Source of the DNA: Verrucomicrobiia bacterium
GTDB taxonomy: Bacteria > Verrucomicrobiota > Verrucomicrobiia > Limisphaerales > UBA1319
Length of the DNA: 64,000 bases
Assembly (NCBI GenBank): GCA_963664225.1
Contig: OY760937.1
Span: forward strand, 2,368,001-2,432,000
Direction: 5' to 3'
This document shows positions 1 through 8,428 of this stretch, piece after piece. The translations under genes were made by a program, and so were the position numbers. Under the pieces are notes generated by a model that worked only from the letters and a program-made list of their open reading frames with translations, had not been told where the DNA came from and ran no database searches. Numbering within the stretch: position 1 is the first letter of the stretch; every line of letters starts with the position of its first letter.

Positions 1-2
1 CG

Positions 3-839
3 GCCACCTTCCTGGCGCCCATCGTCGAAGTGCCCGCCGGGCTGGGCCGCTACAAGCAGTTCGACGACAAAAACGCATTCCAAATCTACAACACGGAACG
101 CGCGCTCGGAGGTCCGGCCACGCGCATCCAGTTCAACGCGACCGATCCCTCGTTCGATTGCCGTCCGCAGGCCCTGGAGGTGGGAATCGACGATGCCGAA
201 TACGACGCGGCGGGCGACAGCGGCGCGGGCCGCATGGAAGAGAGCCGCGTGCGGACGCTGGTGACCTCCGCGACTTTGGCCCACGAGGACAAGGTCATCC
301 AGGTGGCCAAAACGATCACCGCCGTGGCAGCCAGGGGCAACTGGTCCAACGCCACGATCGATCCGGTGACGGAACTGGATGAGCAGATCGAGGCGATTGC
401 CAACGCGTGCGGGATGCTGCCCAACCGGATCGTGTTCGGGCTGGGCGCATGGCGCGTGGCGCGGAACAATCCCAAGGTCATCAACCGCATGCCCGCGAAC
501 GCGGCGGTGGGTGTGGCGCTGCAGCAATTCGCGACCATGCTGCTCAACCCGAACATCGAAATCCGGGTGGGGGTTCTCGCGAAGGATCTCTCGAAATTCG
601 GCGCGGCCAAGAACGCGGCGAACATCATCGGCGCGGAAGTGTTTCTGTTCGTGGGCCAGGAAGCGCCTTCGGAGTATGATCCGTCATTCATGAAAACCTT
701 CATGACCCGCTCGGGCGGTGTGGATGCCGTGCGCTCCTACCGCGACGAAAGCGCCCGCAGCACCATTCACGCCGTGGATTGGAGCGAGGATGTGAAAATC
801 ACCGGCACGGCAGCGGTCCGGCGGTTGACGATTTCCTGA
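3..839 (+). CDS. Phage major capsid-like protein (5' end outside window)
   Basis: The frame is open from the window edge (ATFLAPIVEVPAGLGRYKQF). Motifs such as TERALGG, PNRIVFG..AW and PSFMKTF resemble HK97-fold/gpE-like capsid proteins. Confidence 0.65.
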   Translation, partial: ATFLAPIVEVPAGLGRYKQFDDKNAFQIYNTERALGGPATRIQFNATDPSFDCRPQALEVGIDDAEYDAAGDSGAGRMEESRVRTLVTSATLAHEDKVIQVAKTITAVAARGNWSNATIDPVTELDEQIEAIANACGMLPNRIVFGLGAWRVARNNPKVINRMPANAAVGVALQQFATMLLNPNIEIRVGVLAKDLSKFGAAKNAANIIGAEVFLFVGQEAPSEYDPSFMKTFMTRSGGVDAVRSYRDESARSTIHAVDWSEDVKITGTAAVRRLTIS

Positions 840-856
840 ACCGCCGTTCTCACCAC

Positions 857-893
857 GCGGGGGCCGGACCACCGGCCTCCGCATTTTCCCTTT
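857..893 (+). terminator. Intrinsic terminator after capsid-like gene
   Basis: GCGGGGGCCGG-acca-CCGGCCTCCGC followed by a T-rich run. Confidence 0.6.
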
Positions 894-932
894 TACTCAA
901 CCTCTTTGAACTCATTCCCTCGACTGATCCTT

Positions 933-1742
933 ATGAAACTATTTTATATGCGTCCACGCCGCCGCATGGCGATGGACATCCTGCCCGAATCGCTGGACTT
1001 TTTCCGGCGAGTCCTCCTTAACGGCGGTACCTTCAGTCCCACCTCAATGAAGGCCACGGACGATTTCGTGCGCGCGCTTTTTGACGCCAATCTTTGGTGG
1101 AAGATTCTCGATATGGGATTGTTTGCCGGCGACCAACTGGCGGCGGCGATGGTCAAACTCAAATACACGACCGGTTCGGGCGTGCTCGTGAACAATAACT
1201 TTGTGGCGGCGGATTACGTGGAACAAGGCGCCAGCGGCGGTTTGCGCGGCGATGGCTCCACGAAATCCCTCAGGACCGGCCTAGCGCAAAACGCGGTGGG
1301 CGCCACCGGCCATGTCGCTTTCTACCTGCGCGAGGATTTTTCCCCCGGTTTTTACGAAGCCCTGGTGGGAGTGTCCGCGGGAGGCGATGATTATTTATTG
1401 ATGCAGGCGGACACGAACCTTCAGGCGCGTTTCGGCCAGACCCAGGCCGCGATGCGCACGGATTTGACCCGCGGTTTCTGGTGCGGCGGGCGCGAGGCCG
1501 ATGGCACGTTGTGCCTCTATAAAAACGGGTTGTTGCAACAGGCCAACGCGGCTCCGGTCACCCCGGCCGGCACGAGCCAGGATTTCCATGTGTTTGCGAA
1601 AAACAATAACGGGGTTCCCGCCAACTATGTCGATCGACGGGGCGGTTTTTATTGCATCGGGCAGGCGTTGACGGCCGCCGATCAAGCCTCCCTGAATGGC
1701 GCGGTGCAGGTTTTTCAACAGGCCCTGAATCGCGCGGTTTAA
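933..1742 (+). CDS. Phage-associated protein with probable ConA/LamG-like domain
   Basis: ATG at 933. The N-terminal helical motif (DDFVRALFDANLWWKI..MGLFAGD) and beta-rich C-half (LCLYKNG, YCIGQALT, FQQALNR) resemble phage structural/decoration proteins. Confidence 0.45.
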   Translation: MKLFYMRPRRRMAMDILPESLDFFRRVLLNGGTFSPTSMKATDDFVRALFDANLWWKILDMGLFAGDQLAAAMVKLKYTTGSGVLVNNNFVAADYVEQGASGGLRGDGSTKSLRTGLAQNAVGATGHVAFYLREDFSPGFYEALVGVSAGGDDYLLMQADTNLQARFGQTQAAMRTDLTRGFWCGGREADGTLCLYKNGLLQQANAAPVTPAGTSQDFHVFAKNNNGVPANYVDRRGGFYCIGQALTAADQASLNGAVQVFQQALNRAV

Positions 1743-1779
1743 TGGCCGCATTCCAAAACCCAATTCATTCAGCATTCCC

Positions 1780-2073
1780 ATGAACGCACTCATACTCAAC
1801 GAAACGGAAAAAATGCAACTCGACGCGCTCAACGCCACCGCGTCTCCGGACCGGCAATTGGTCACGGCGACCTTGAAGGATGGACGACATGTCCTCAACG
1901 CGGACCTGCTTGCGGACGCCGGGCCCGGAGAGACCTGGAGCCACTACGCGACATTCATTCAAGCCCTCGCACGCGAGGAGCCGCCCCGGGAGGACCTGAT
2001 CACGGCCACCGACCGGCCTGAACTCATCGCCGCCGCCCTGGCGCGGGCGGGTTTGGGACAGCCCGAAGCCTGA
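1780..2073 (+). CDS. Small hypothetical protein (phage-like block)
   Basis: 97-aa ORF co-oriented with the two upstream genes and followed by a terminator. Confidence 0.55.
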   Translation: MNALILNETEKMQLDALNATASPDRQLVTATLKDGRHVLNADLLADAGPGETWSHYATFIQALAREEPPREDLITATDRPELIAAALARAGLGQPEA

Positions 2074-2087
2074 AGAGAAATCCACGC

Positions 2088-2128
2088 AAAAACGGGACCG
2101 GTGAACAGCCACCGGCCCCGTTTATTTG
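2088..2128. terminator. Probable bidirectional terminator between convergent genes
   Basis: AAACGGG-A-CCGGTG-aacagc-CACCGG-C-CCCGTTT with A/T-rich flanks on both sides. Confidence 0.65.
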
Positions 2129-2150
2129 TTCCAAAGAGATTGCGCGGAAT

Positions 2151-3164
2151 TTAATCGCGACCCGCGGCGGCGATGAACGGTTTGATTTCCTGCATCAACC
2201 GTTTGAAGGCCTCGAGCGTGACCTGCTGTCCAGCATCGCTCCAGGCCTCGGAGGGATTGTGATGCACCTCGATCAACAACGCGTCCGCGCCAATGGCGAC
2301 GGAGGCCTTGCACATGGCGATGACGAGGTCCGCGCGTCCGACGCCCTGGCTGGGATCGATGACGATCGGGCAGTGGGATTCCTTTTTGACGATGGGCACG
2401 GCGGAGAGGTCGAGCGTATTGCGCGTGTAGGTCTCGAAGGTGCGGATACCGCGCTCGCAGAACATGAGGTTGGCGTTTTCGTTGGACAGGATGTACTCGC
2501 CCGCCAGGAGCCATTCCTCGATACGCATGGCCAGGCCGCGCTTGAGCAGCACGGGCTTGCCGGTTTTGGCGGCGGCGATGAGGAGTTGGAAATTCTGGGC
2601 GTTGCGGGTGCCGATCTGGAGGATGTCCGCATATTCCGCCACCATTTCGGCGTGATCCTGTGAGAGCAATTCCGTGATGATGGGCAGGCCGGTTTCCTTG
2701 CGGGCCTTGGCGAGCATTTTCAAGCCCTTGACACCCAGGCCCTGAAATTCATAGGGGGAGGTGCGCGGTTTGAAAGCCCCGCCGCGCAGGATCGTGGCGC
2801 CGGCCGCCTTCACCGCCTCGGCGGTTTTGATCAACTGCTTCTCGTCCTCGACGGAACAGGGACCGGCCATGACCTGGAACTTCTTGCCGCCAATGACCGC
2901 ACCGCGAACATCGACGGTCGAATCCGCCGGATGGGCTTCGCGGCTGACCAGTTTGTAGCGTTTTTGAACGGGCATGACCGACTCGACCTGCGGCCATGAA
3001 ATGAGGGTCTCGAGGGATTGATGGGTGCGCTCGTCGCCAATGGCGCCCACGACGGTGCGGGAAACACCGCGCATGACGTGGGGCTTGTAACCCAGGCGGT
3101 TGATTTCCTTGAGCACGGCGCTCTCGTCCTTACGCGAAATATTCGGTTTTAATACAATGATCAT
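2151..3164 (-). CDS. aroF: DAHP synthase (type I-beta with N-terminal regulatory domain)
   Basis: AGPCSVE, RGGAFKPRTSPYEFQGLG, QIGTRNAQNF, LLKRG, CERGIRTFE and DPS motifs. Confidence 0.95.
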   Translation of the reverse strand: MIIVLKPNISRKDESAVLKEINRLGYKPHVMRGVSRTVVGAIGDERTHQSLETLISWPQVESVMPVQKRYKLVSREAHPADSTVDVRGAVIGGKKFQVMAGPCSVEDEKQLIKTAEAVKAAGATILRGGAFKPRTSPYEFQGLGVKGLKMLAKARKETGLPIITELLSQDHAEMVAEYADILQIGTRNAQNFQLLIAAAKTGKPVLLKRGLAMRIEEWLLAGEYILSNENANLMFCERGIRTFETYTRNTLDLSAVPIVKKESHCPIVIDPSQGVGRADLVIAMCKASVAIGADALLIEVHHNPSEAWSDAGQQVTLEAFKRLMQEIKPFIAAAGRD

Positions 3165-3210
3165 AACTGTTTTTTGATGCGGTTTGGTTTCGAGCGGCCG
3201 CTTGCGGCCA

Positions 3211-3244
3211 TAAAAAAGGCCGCAAGTGTTTCCACCTGCGGCCT
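3211..3244 (-). terminator. Attenuator terminator upstream of aroF
   Basis: Minus strand reads AGGCCGCAGGTG-gaaa-CACTTGCGGCCT then a T run, about 45 nt before the aroF start. Confidence 0.85.
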
Positions 3245-3260
3245 GGCTTCGAAATTGTTT

Positions 3261-3347
3261 TTATCGTAGCCGTACGCGCAGGCAGCCGGGCCAAAAGTAA
3301 AACCCGTATTCAAAAACGCTGCTAAAACGCTCGCGGCTAAGACTCAT
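3261..3347 (-). CDS. aroF leader peptide (28 aa, rich in Phe/Tyr/Trp)
   Basis: Translated by hand: MSLSRERFSSVFEYGFYFWPGCLRVRLR*. It ends 16 nt before the terminator. Confidence 0.8.
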   Translation of the reverse strand: MSLSRERFSSVFEYGFYFWPGCLRVRLR

Positions 3348-3356
3348 TACGGGGCC

Positions 3357-3385
3357 ACAATAACGATGAGCCGGGGAATTGTCAA
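3357..3385 (-). promoter_or_regulatory. Sigma70-type promoter for the aroF leader
   Basis: Minus strand TTGACA-N17-TATTGT, ending 9 nt before the leader ATG. Confidence 0.65.
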
Positions 3386-3567
3386 TCCCCCGATTTTTTT
3401 GAAAATCAATTCGGGCACATGAAATAATTCTGGAGCGTGTGAAAAAGCAATGCGGTGCGCCGAGTTTTAGCCGACTTTGTGGTAACGACCGAAACAGCGT
3501 GCGGTTCCTGCGGTGCTTCGCAGCCCGATCAGCGCCAACATCCCCATTATTCCGAAGGGATTAAACC

Positions 3568-3806
3568 TCACAGCACCTCCGTTTCTTCAAAACTTAACCC
3601 GATGGCCTTAATGCGAAAATCGCCCGACTGTGCGATCCCAGCAAGGAAGAACTCCATCACCGGCCAAGCCCGCTTCATAGCTTCATCCAATGTGATTTGA
3701 AAAAACTCGCGATTCTTTTGTGAACCTCGAGATTCGCACGTCCGATCTTCAAGAGGTCGGGAATGCTCAAATTGAATGGAAAATTGATGGATCCTGGGGC
3801 CGTCAT
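3568..3806 (-). pseudogene. Possible decayed T5orf172/GIY-YIG domain gene remnant
   Basis: One frame gives MTAPGSINFPFNLSIPDLLKIGRA and another gives KNREFFQITLDEAMK. These resemble the N- and C-terminal motifs of T5orf172 domains. Confidence 0.3.
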
Positions 3807-3847
3807 ATTCGGCATGGGGTCGCGTCGTTGCCGCTGACGGGGGGAGA

Positions 3848-4405
3848 TCATTTATTGTCGGCGTTAAAACCAATACGTCGCCTCGGCGGATCGGGCGGAG
3901 GCGCAAGCAGAGGTTGGAGTTTTGCCCAAATGGCGCGCAAGGCGGAATCGTGTTCCAGCAGTGTCGTGTCAATTTCGGCAAGGCGTTTGAGGATGGTCGC
4001 GTTCGCCACCAGTTGCTCGCGCATTAGCATGAAGGCCCGAACGACAAAGACGCTCATGGCGACAGCTTCGGGACTGTTCAAAACCATCGCTGCCATGATT
4101 GAGCCGTGTTCCGTGAACGCGTAGGGCGGATATTTGGCGTGTCGTCCCTGCTCTAAGATCACATTTTGTGATCTTAAAGCCACACGGCCATCGCTGGTTG
4201 CCGTGCCGGCGTCTTTAAGCGCTGAAAATTCCCCGGCGGAAAGTTGGAAAACAAAATCTTCGGGGAAACGATCGGCGTTGCGCTTGACAGCCTGATTCAG
4301 TCCGCGCGTCTCCACTCCATACAAGTCAGCCAGATCGGGAGCGAGAATTACTTTCTGGCCGCGCAATGTGAAAATAAGCGACTCAATGGGCTTCTTTGGT
4401 TTCAT
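3848..4405 (-). CDS. ORF6N domain DNA-binding protein
   Basis: RGQKVILAPDLADLYGVETRGLNQAVKRN..RFPEDFVFQL, PYAFTEHG, and C-terminal RRIGF. Confidence 0.9.
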   Translation of the reverse strand: MKPKKPIESLIFTLRGQKVILAPDLADLYGVETRGLNQAVKRNADRFPEDFVFQLSAGEFSALKDAGTATSDGRVALRSQNVILEQGRHAKYPPYAFTEHGSIMAAMVLNSPEAVAMSVFVVRAFMLMREQLVANATILKRLAEIDTTLLEHDSALRAIWAKLQPLLAPPPDPPRRRIGFNADNK

Positions 4406-4580
4406 GGCATTCGTTGGTTGATGTAATTGCACATGCCTGCAATTCGCAACCAGTACAACACAAGGCATTCAATGTTTTTCATCATTCTTAATTACATCAG
4501 TATATCAAGCGTAATAATACCAATAGTTGAACGACGAATCGATTGCGCAGGGCCGCATTGGGACAGTCAGACTGGAGCGG

Positions 4581-7500
4581 CTATGGCACCAGAACCAAAC
4601 GGAAGAAATTTCGAGCGACCGGGGTTTTGACAAGGACGCGCTTCTGGGTGGTGGTGGCGGTGACGTTCGTTTCTGTCTGCCAGGCGACACCGAATTCGAC
4701 CGTGCTTTGGATTCCATACTTTTTTCCCGGCACCGTCTGGAAATAGAGGGCTTTCACATCGGAACCAATGGCGGTTTTGTCCGCATCCACCAGGTCGTTG
4801 GTGCGAGGATCACTTTCAAAAACCAGTTTCGAAGCCGGATTGGTGGGATCAGTTCCCGCCTGCATCTCGGCCAGATTGCTCATGCCGTCATGGTCAGGAT
4901 CATCATTAGCAGCACTGGCGGCAGGAAACAGATCCGGCAATCCCACGATTCTTGCCCATTCGAGATACGAAGGGGTCCATAATGCCGTCGGTTTATCCGC
5001 ATAGGTGGCCCGCCAACCCGTGGTTCCAGCGCGATGATACACCGTCAGGTCCGGGTCATTGACAAACAGGCCGACAGGTTCAGGTTCTGGCGCATTTCCC
5101 TCGAAGTACACACTCGTCAGGCGAGTGCAATAAGCAAACGCCCAGGAGTCAATGCTCGTAACGCTGCGTGGGATCGTGATGGTGGCCAAGTCAGTGCAGG
5201 CAGCGAACGCATAGTCTCCGATATTGACGGTGTGATTGCCTAATGTGACGTTTGTAAGCCCGGTGCAGGACGCAAACGCCGCCCACTCGATGTTTGTAAC
5301 GCTGTTGGGGATCGTGACGCTGGTCAGTCTTGTGCAATAATTGAACACATGAGACAGGATGGTGCTGACGCCATTGCCCATTGTGACAGTGGCCAGGTTG
5401 GTGCAGGATGAAAGTGCAGAGATGCCAATGGTAGTGACGCTGTCAGGGATTGCGATGCCGTTCAGGCTGGTGCAGTTAAAGAACGCATATTCACCGATGC
5501 TGATCACGCTGTTGGGGATCGTGACGCTTGACAGGTTGGTGCAGTAATCAAACGCCCGCGTCCCAATGCTTCTGACGCTGTTGCCAATCGTTACATTGGT
5601 CAGGCTCGCGCAGTTGCTGAATGCATAATCCACAATATTGGTTGCGCTGTCGGGAATCGTATAGCTGCCGGATCGTCCCTCCGGACAAAAAAGGAGCGAT
5701 TGAATGTTCTTGTCGAATAACACTCCACCCACGCTGGCATAAACGGGGTTCAGCACGTCAACGTCCATGGCGGCGAGGCTCCTGCAGCCGGGGAATGCAG
5801 CCCTGCCGATGCTGAGGACGCCACTACCAATCAGGGCGTTGGTGAGGCTGGCGCAGTTATAAAACGCGCCATAACCAATGTTTGTCACGCTGTTGGGGAT
5901 CGTAATGCTGCTCAAGCTAACGCAGTCCTCGAACGCGCCATTCCCAATGGCGACCACGCTGTCAGGAATCGTGATGCCCGACAGGCTGCCGCAGTTTTGA
6001 AACACCTGATACCCGATGCTCATCAGGCTGTCGGGGATTGTGATGGTTGACAGATTGGTGCAATCTGCAAACGTCTGGTTCCCGATGTTGAGGACATTGT
6101 TTCCCATATCGACGCGGGTCAGGTTGCGGCAGCTATTGAAGGCGGCATCGGCTATGTTGGTCACGCTGTTGGGAATCGCATAGCTGCCGGAGCGTCCGCA
6201 CGGAAACTGGATGAGTGTCCTGATGTCCCTATCGAATAACACTCCATCCACGCCGGCAAGAAAAGAGTTGAGCGGATCCACGGTGATATTTGTGAGGCTC
6301 GCACAATTAAGGAGGGCGTGATCCCCAACGCTCCTGACGCTGCCGCCGATCATAATGTTGGTCAGGGCGGTGCAATTAAAGAATGTATAGTCCTTGATGC
6401 CGGGGACGCCGTTGGGAATCGTGACGCTGGTCAGACTGGTGCAGTAATCGAACGCAGCGGATCCGATGTTGGTCACACTATTTGGAATAGTAACGCCGGG
6501 AATGTTGGAGCAGCCATAGAAGGCATCATCCCCGATGCTGGTCACACTGTTGCCGAGCGAGAGATTGGTCATGCTCTCGCAGGAAAAGTACGCATGATCG
6601 CCGATTCTAATCACGCTGTCAGGAAGTATGGCGCTGCTTAGGCGGGTGCAGTATGAGAACGCATTGCTGCCAATGTTCCTGACACTATCGCCGATCGCGG
6701 CGATGGTCAGGCTGCGGCAGTTGTAGAACGCCCAACTCCCGATATTGGTCACACTATCGGGGACCGCAACACTGATCAGGCCGGTGCAATTATAGAACGC
6801 ATTATCCTGAATGTTGTTCACACTGTCACCCATCGTAAGGTGCGCCAGACTGGTGCAGTTAAAGAACGCCCAATTACCAATGTTGGTCACACCATCGGGG
6901 ATCGTGACACTGGTCAGGGCGGGGCGGTTATAGAAGGCATTATCACCGATGCTCCTGACCGGAAGACCGTTGATGGCACTGGGAATGACCACCGCGGTGT
7001 CGGTGCCGGTGTAGCTGGCGATCGTGATCGTGCCGTTGTTCCTGGTGTAAACATAGTCTTTGGGCTGCGGAACGAGGGATGCGCCCACGATGAGGCAGTG
7101 ATTCCCGGCATCCGCCACAACAAGCATTCCCGTGGGATCCACCGCGACGCCGATCGGAAGATTGAACCGCGCGTCGGGTCCAACGCCACTGTTTGTGCCG
7201 GTGACTCCGGGAGTGCCGCCTATGGTGGTCACCACGCCTAGCGTCGTCACTTTGCGGATCACATGGTTGCCTTCATCAGTCACGAATACATTGCCCTGGT
7301 CGTCCACCGCCAGACCGCTGGGGCGGTCAAACCGGGCTGCGCTGCCCGTGCCATCGGCCCATCCGGATGTGGGACTGCCCGCGAGTGTTGTGACCATTCC
7401 TTCCGGTGTCACTTTGCGAATCGCATTGTTGCCCCGATCCCCCACGAAGAGATTTCCCCCGCCGTCCACAGCAACGGCGCTGGGTTTGTCGAACAGGGCC

Positions 7501-8270
7501 GCGTTGCCTGTTCCGTCAGCGAAGCCACGAACGCCAGGGCTGCCGGCCAGAGTTGACACGACACCTGCAGGGGTCACCTTTCGGATCACGAAGTTGTCCT
7601 GGTCCGCCACGAAGAGGTTGCCTTGGCCATCCACCGCAATGCCTTCAGGAGCGTTAAACCGGGCGTTGCTGCCAGTGGCATCGATCCAGCCAGGGTTGCC
7701 CGCACTGCCCGCAAGCGTCGTGACCACCCCGGCTTGTGTCACTTTGCGAATCGTGTGGCTGCCCCAGTCAGACACGAAGACGTTCCCATTTGTGTCCACC
7801 GCAACGGCGTGAGGTTGATTAAACCGCGCCGCACGGCCGGTTCCGTCGTTGGTGCCGGAGACGCCTGCCATCCCCGCCAGGGTTGTTACTATACCATAAC
7901 GGGTGATCTTGCGAATGGTGTGGTTCAAGACATCCGCCACATAGACATTGGTTGCAATGTCCAGCGCCGGGCCGATGGGAGTGTTAAACCGCGCAGCGGC
8001 ACCCACGCCATCGTTGGTCCCGGACACACCGGGCATGCCGACAAAGTTGTTGAAGATGTATTGCCCATTCACCGTTCCGCATTGCGCCAGACAGAAAAGT
8101 GCAACCAGGGTAGCCATCAATTGAAAATGGCTTTTGATAATTGGTAATATCCCGGGATCAAATTGATTGCGGCGTTTGTGGTCTCTCTTTGAATACGCGG
8201 CGGCCTGGAAGCGCGGCGATTTTCCTGCCCGGTTCTGCGCAGTGGCATTATGAGACGGTGACGGTTCCAT
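4581..8270 (-). CDS. Secreted/surface protein: NHL beta-propeller + BspA-type (LRR_5) repeats + C-terminal Ca-binding/sorting-like module
   Basis: NHL repeats (ARFNxPxGIAVDxxGNVFVAD..NH.IRK), many 23-aa TIPxSVTxIGxxAFxxCxxL repeats, and DDPDHDGMSNLAEMQAGTDP. The true start may be downstream (near MATLVALFC). Confidence 0.85.
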   Translation of the reverse strand: MEPSPSHNATAQNRAGKSPRFQAAAYSKRDHKRRNQFDPGILPIIKSHFQLMATLVALFCLAQCGTVNGQYIFNNFVGMPGVSGTNDGVGAAARFNTPIGPALDIATNVYVADVLNHTIRKITRYGIVTTLAGMAGVSGTNDGTGRAARFNQPHAVAVDTNGNVFVSDWGSHTIRKVTQAGVVTTLAGSAGNPGWIDATGSNARFNAPEGIAVDGQGNLFVADQDNFVIRKVTPAGVVSTLAGSPGVRGFADGTGNAALFDKPSAVAVDGGGNLFVGDRGNNAIRKVTPEGMVTTLAGSPTSGWADGTGSAARFDRPSGLAVDDQGNVFVTDEGNHVIRKVTTLGVVTTIGGTPGVTGTNSGVGPDARFNLPIGVAVDPTGMLVVADAGNHCLIVGASLVPQPKDYVYTRNNGTITIASYTGTDTAVVIPSAINGLPVRSIGDNAFYNRPALTSVTIPDGVTNIGNWAFFNCTSLAHLTMGDSVNNIQDNAFYNCTGLISVAVPDSVTNIGSWAFYNCRSLTIAAIGDSVRNIGSNAFSYCTRLSSAILPDSVIRIGDHAYFSCESMTNLSLGNSVTSIGDDAFYGCSNIPGVTIPNSVTNIGSAAFDYCTSLTSVTIPNGVPGIKDYTFFNCTALTNIMIGGSVRSVGDHALLNCASLTNITVDPLNSFLAGVDGVLFDRDIRTLIQFPCGRSGSYAIPNSVTNIADAAFNSCRNLTRVDMGNNVLNIGNQTFADCTNLSTITIPDSLMSIGYQVFQNCGSLSGITIPDSVVAIGNGAFEDCVSLSSITIPNSVTNIGYGAFYNCASLTNALIGSGVLSIGRAAFPGCRSLAAMDVDVLNPVYASVGGVLFDKNIQSLLFCPEGRSGSYTIPDSATNIVDYAFSNCASLTNVTIGNSVRSIGTRAFDYCTNLSSVTIPNSVISIGEYAFFNCTSLNGIAIPDSVTTIGISALSSCTNLATVTMGNGVSTILSHVFNYCTRLTSVTIPNSVTNIEWAAFASCTGLTNVTLGNHTVNIGDYAFAACTDLATITIPRSVTSIDSWAFAYCTRLTSVYFEGNAPEPEPVGLFVNDPDLTVYHRAGTTGWRATYADKPTALWTPSYLEWARIVGLPDLFPAASAANDDPDHDGMSNLAEMQAGTDPTNPASKLVFESDPRTNDLVDADKTAIGSDVKALYFQTVPGKKYGIQSTVEFGVAWQTETNVTATTTQKRVLVKTPVARNFFRLVLVP

Positions 8271-8428
8271 GAGCTAAAAGCGTCCTACTTATTGCATAAC
8301 ACAATATGACACCATCAATGGACCATTGTCGATGCATATCCTTTCTGGAGACCCTGCGCAAATGGGCTGTGGCCGTGCAAGCAATGTTGTCGCTTTATGC
8401 AGTCGGTGGAGGGTTGCGCGCTTCAACC

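Noticed and set aside
5100..6960. 69-bp periodic repeats as a possible CRISPR or DNA repeat array
   Set aside because: They are degenerate coding repeats of the 23-aa LRR_5 unit, with no constant repeat/unique spacer structure and no cas genes.
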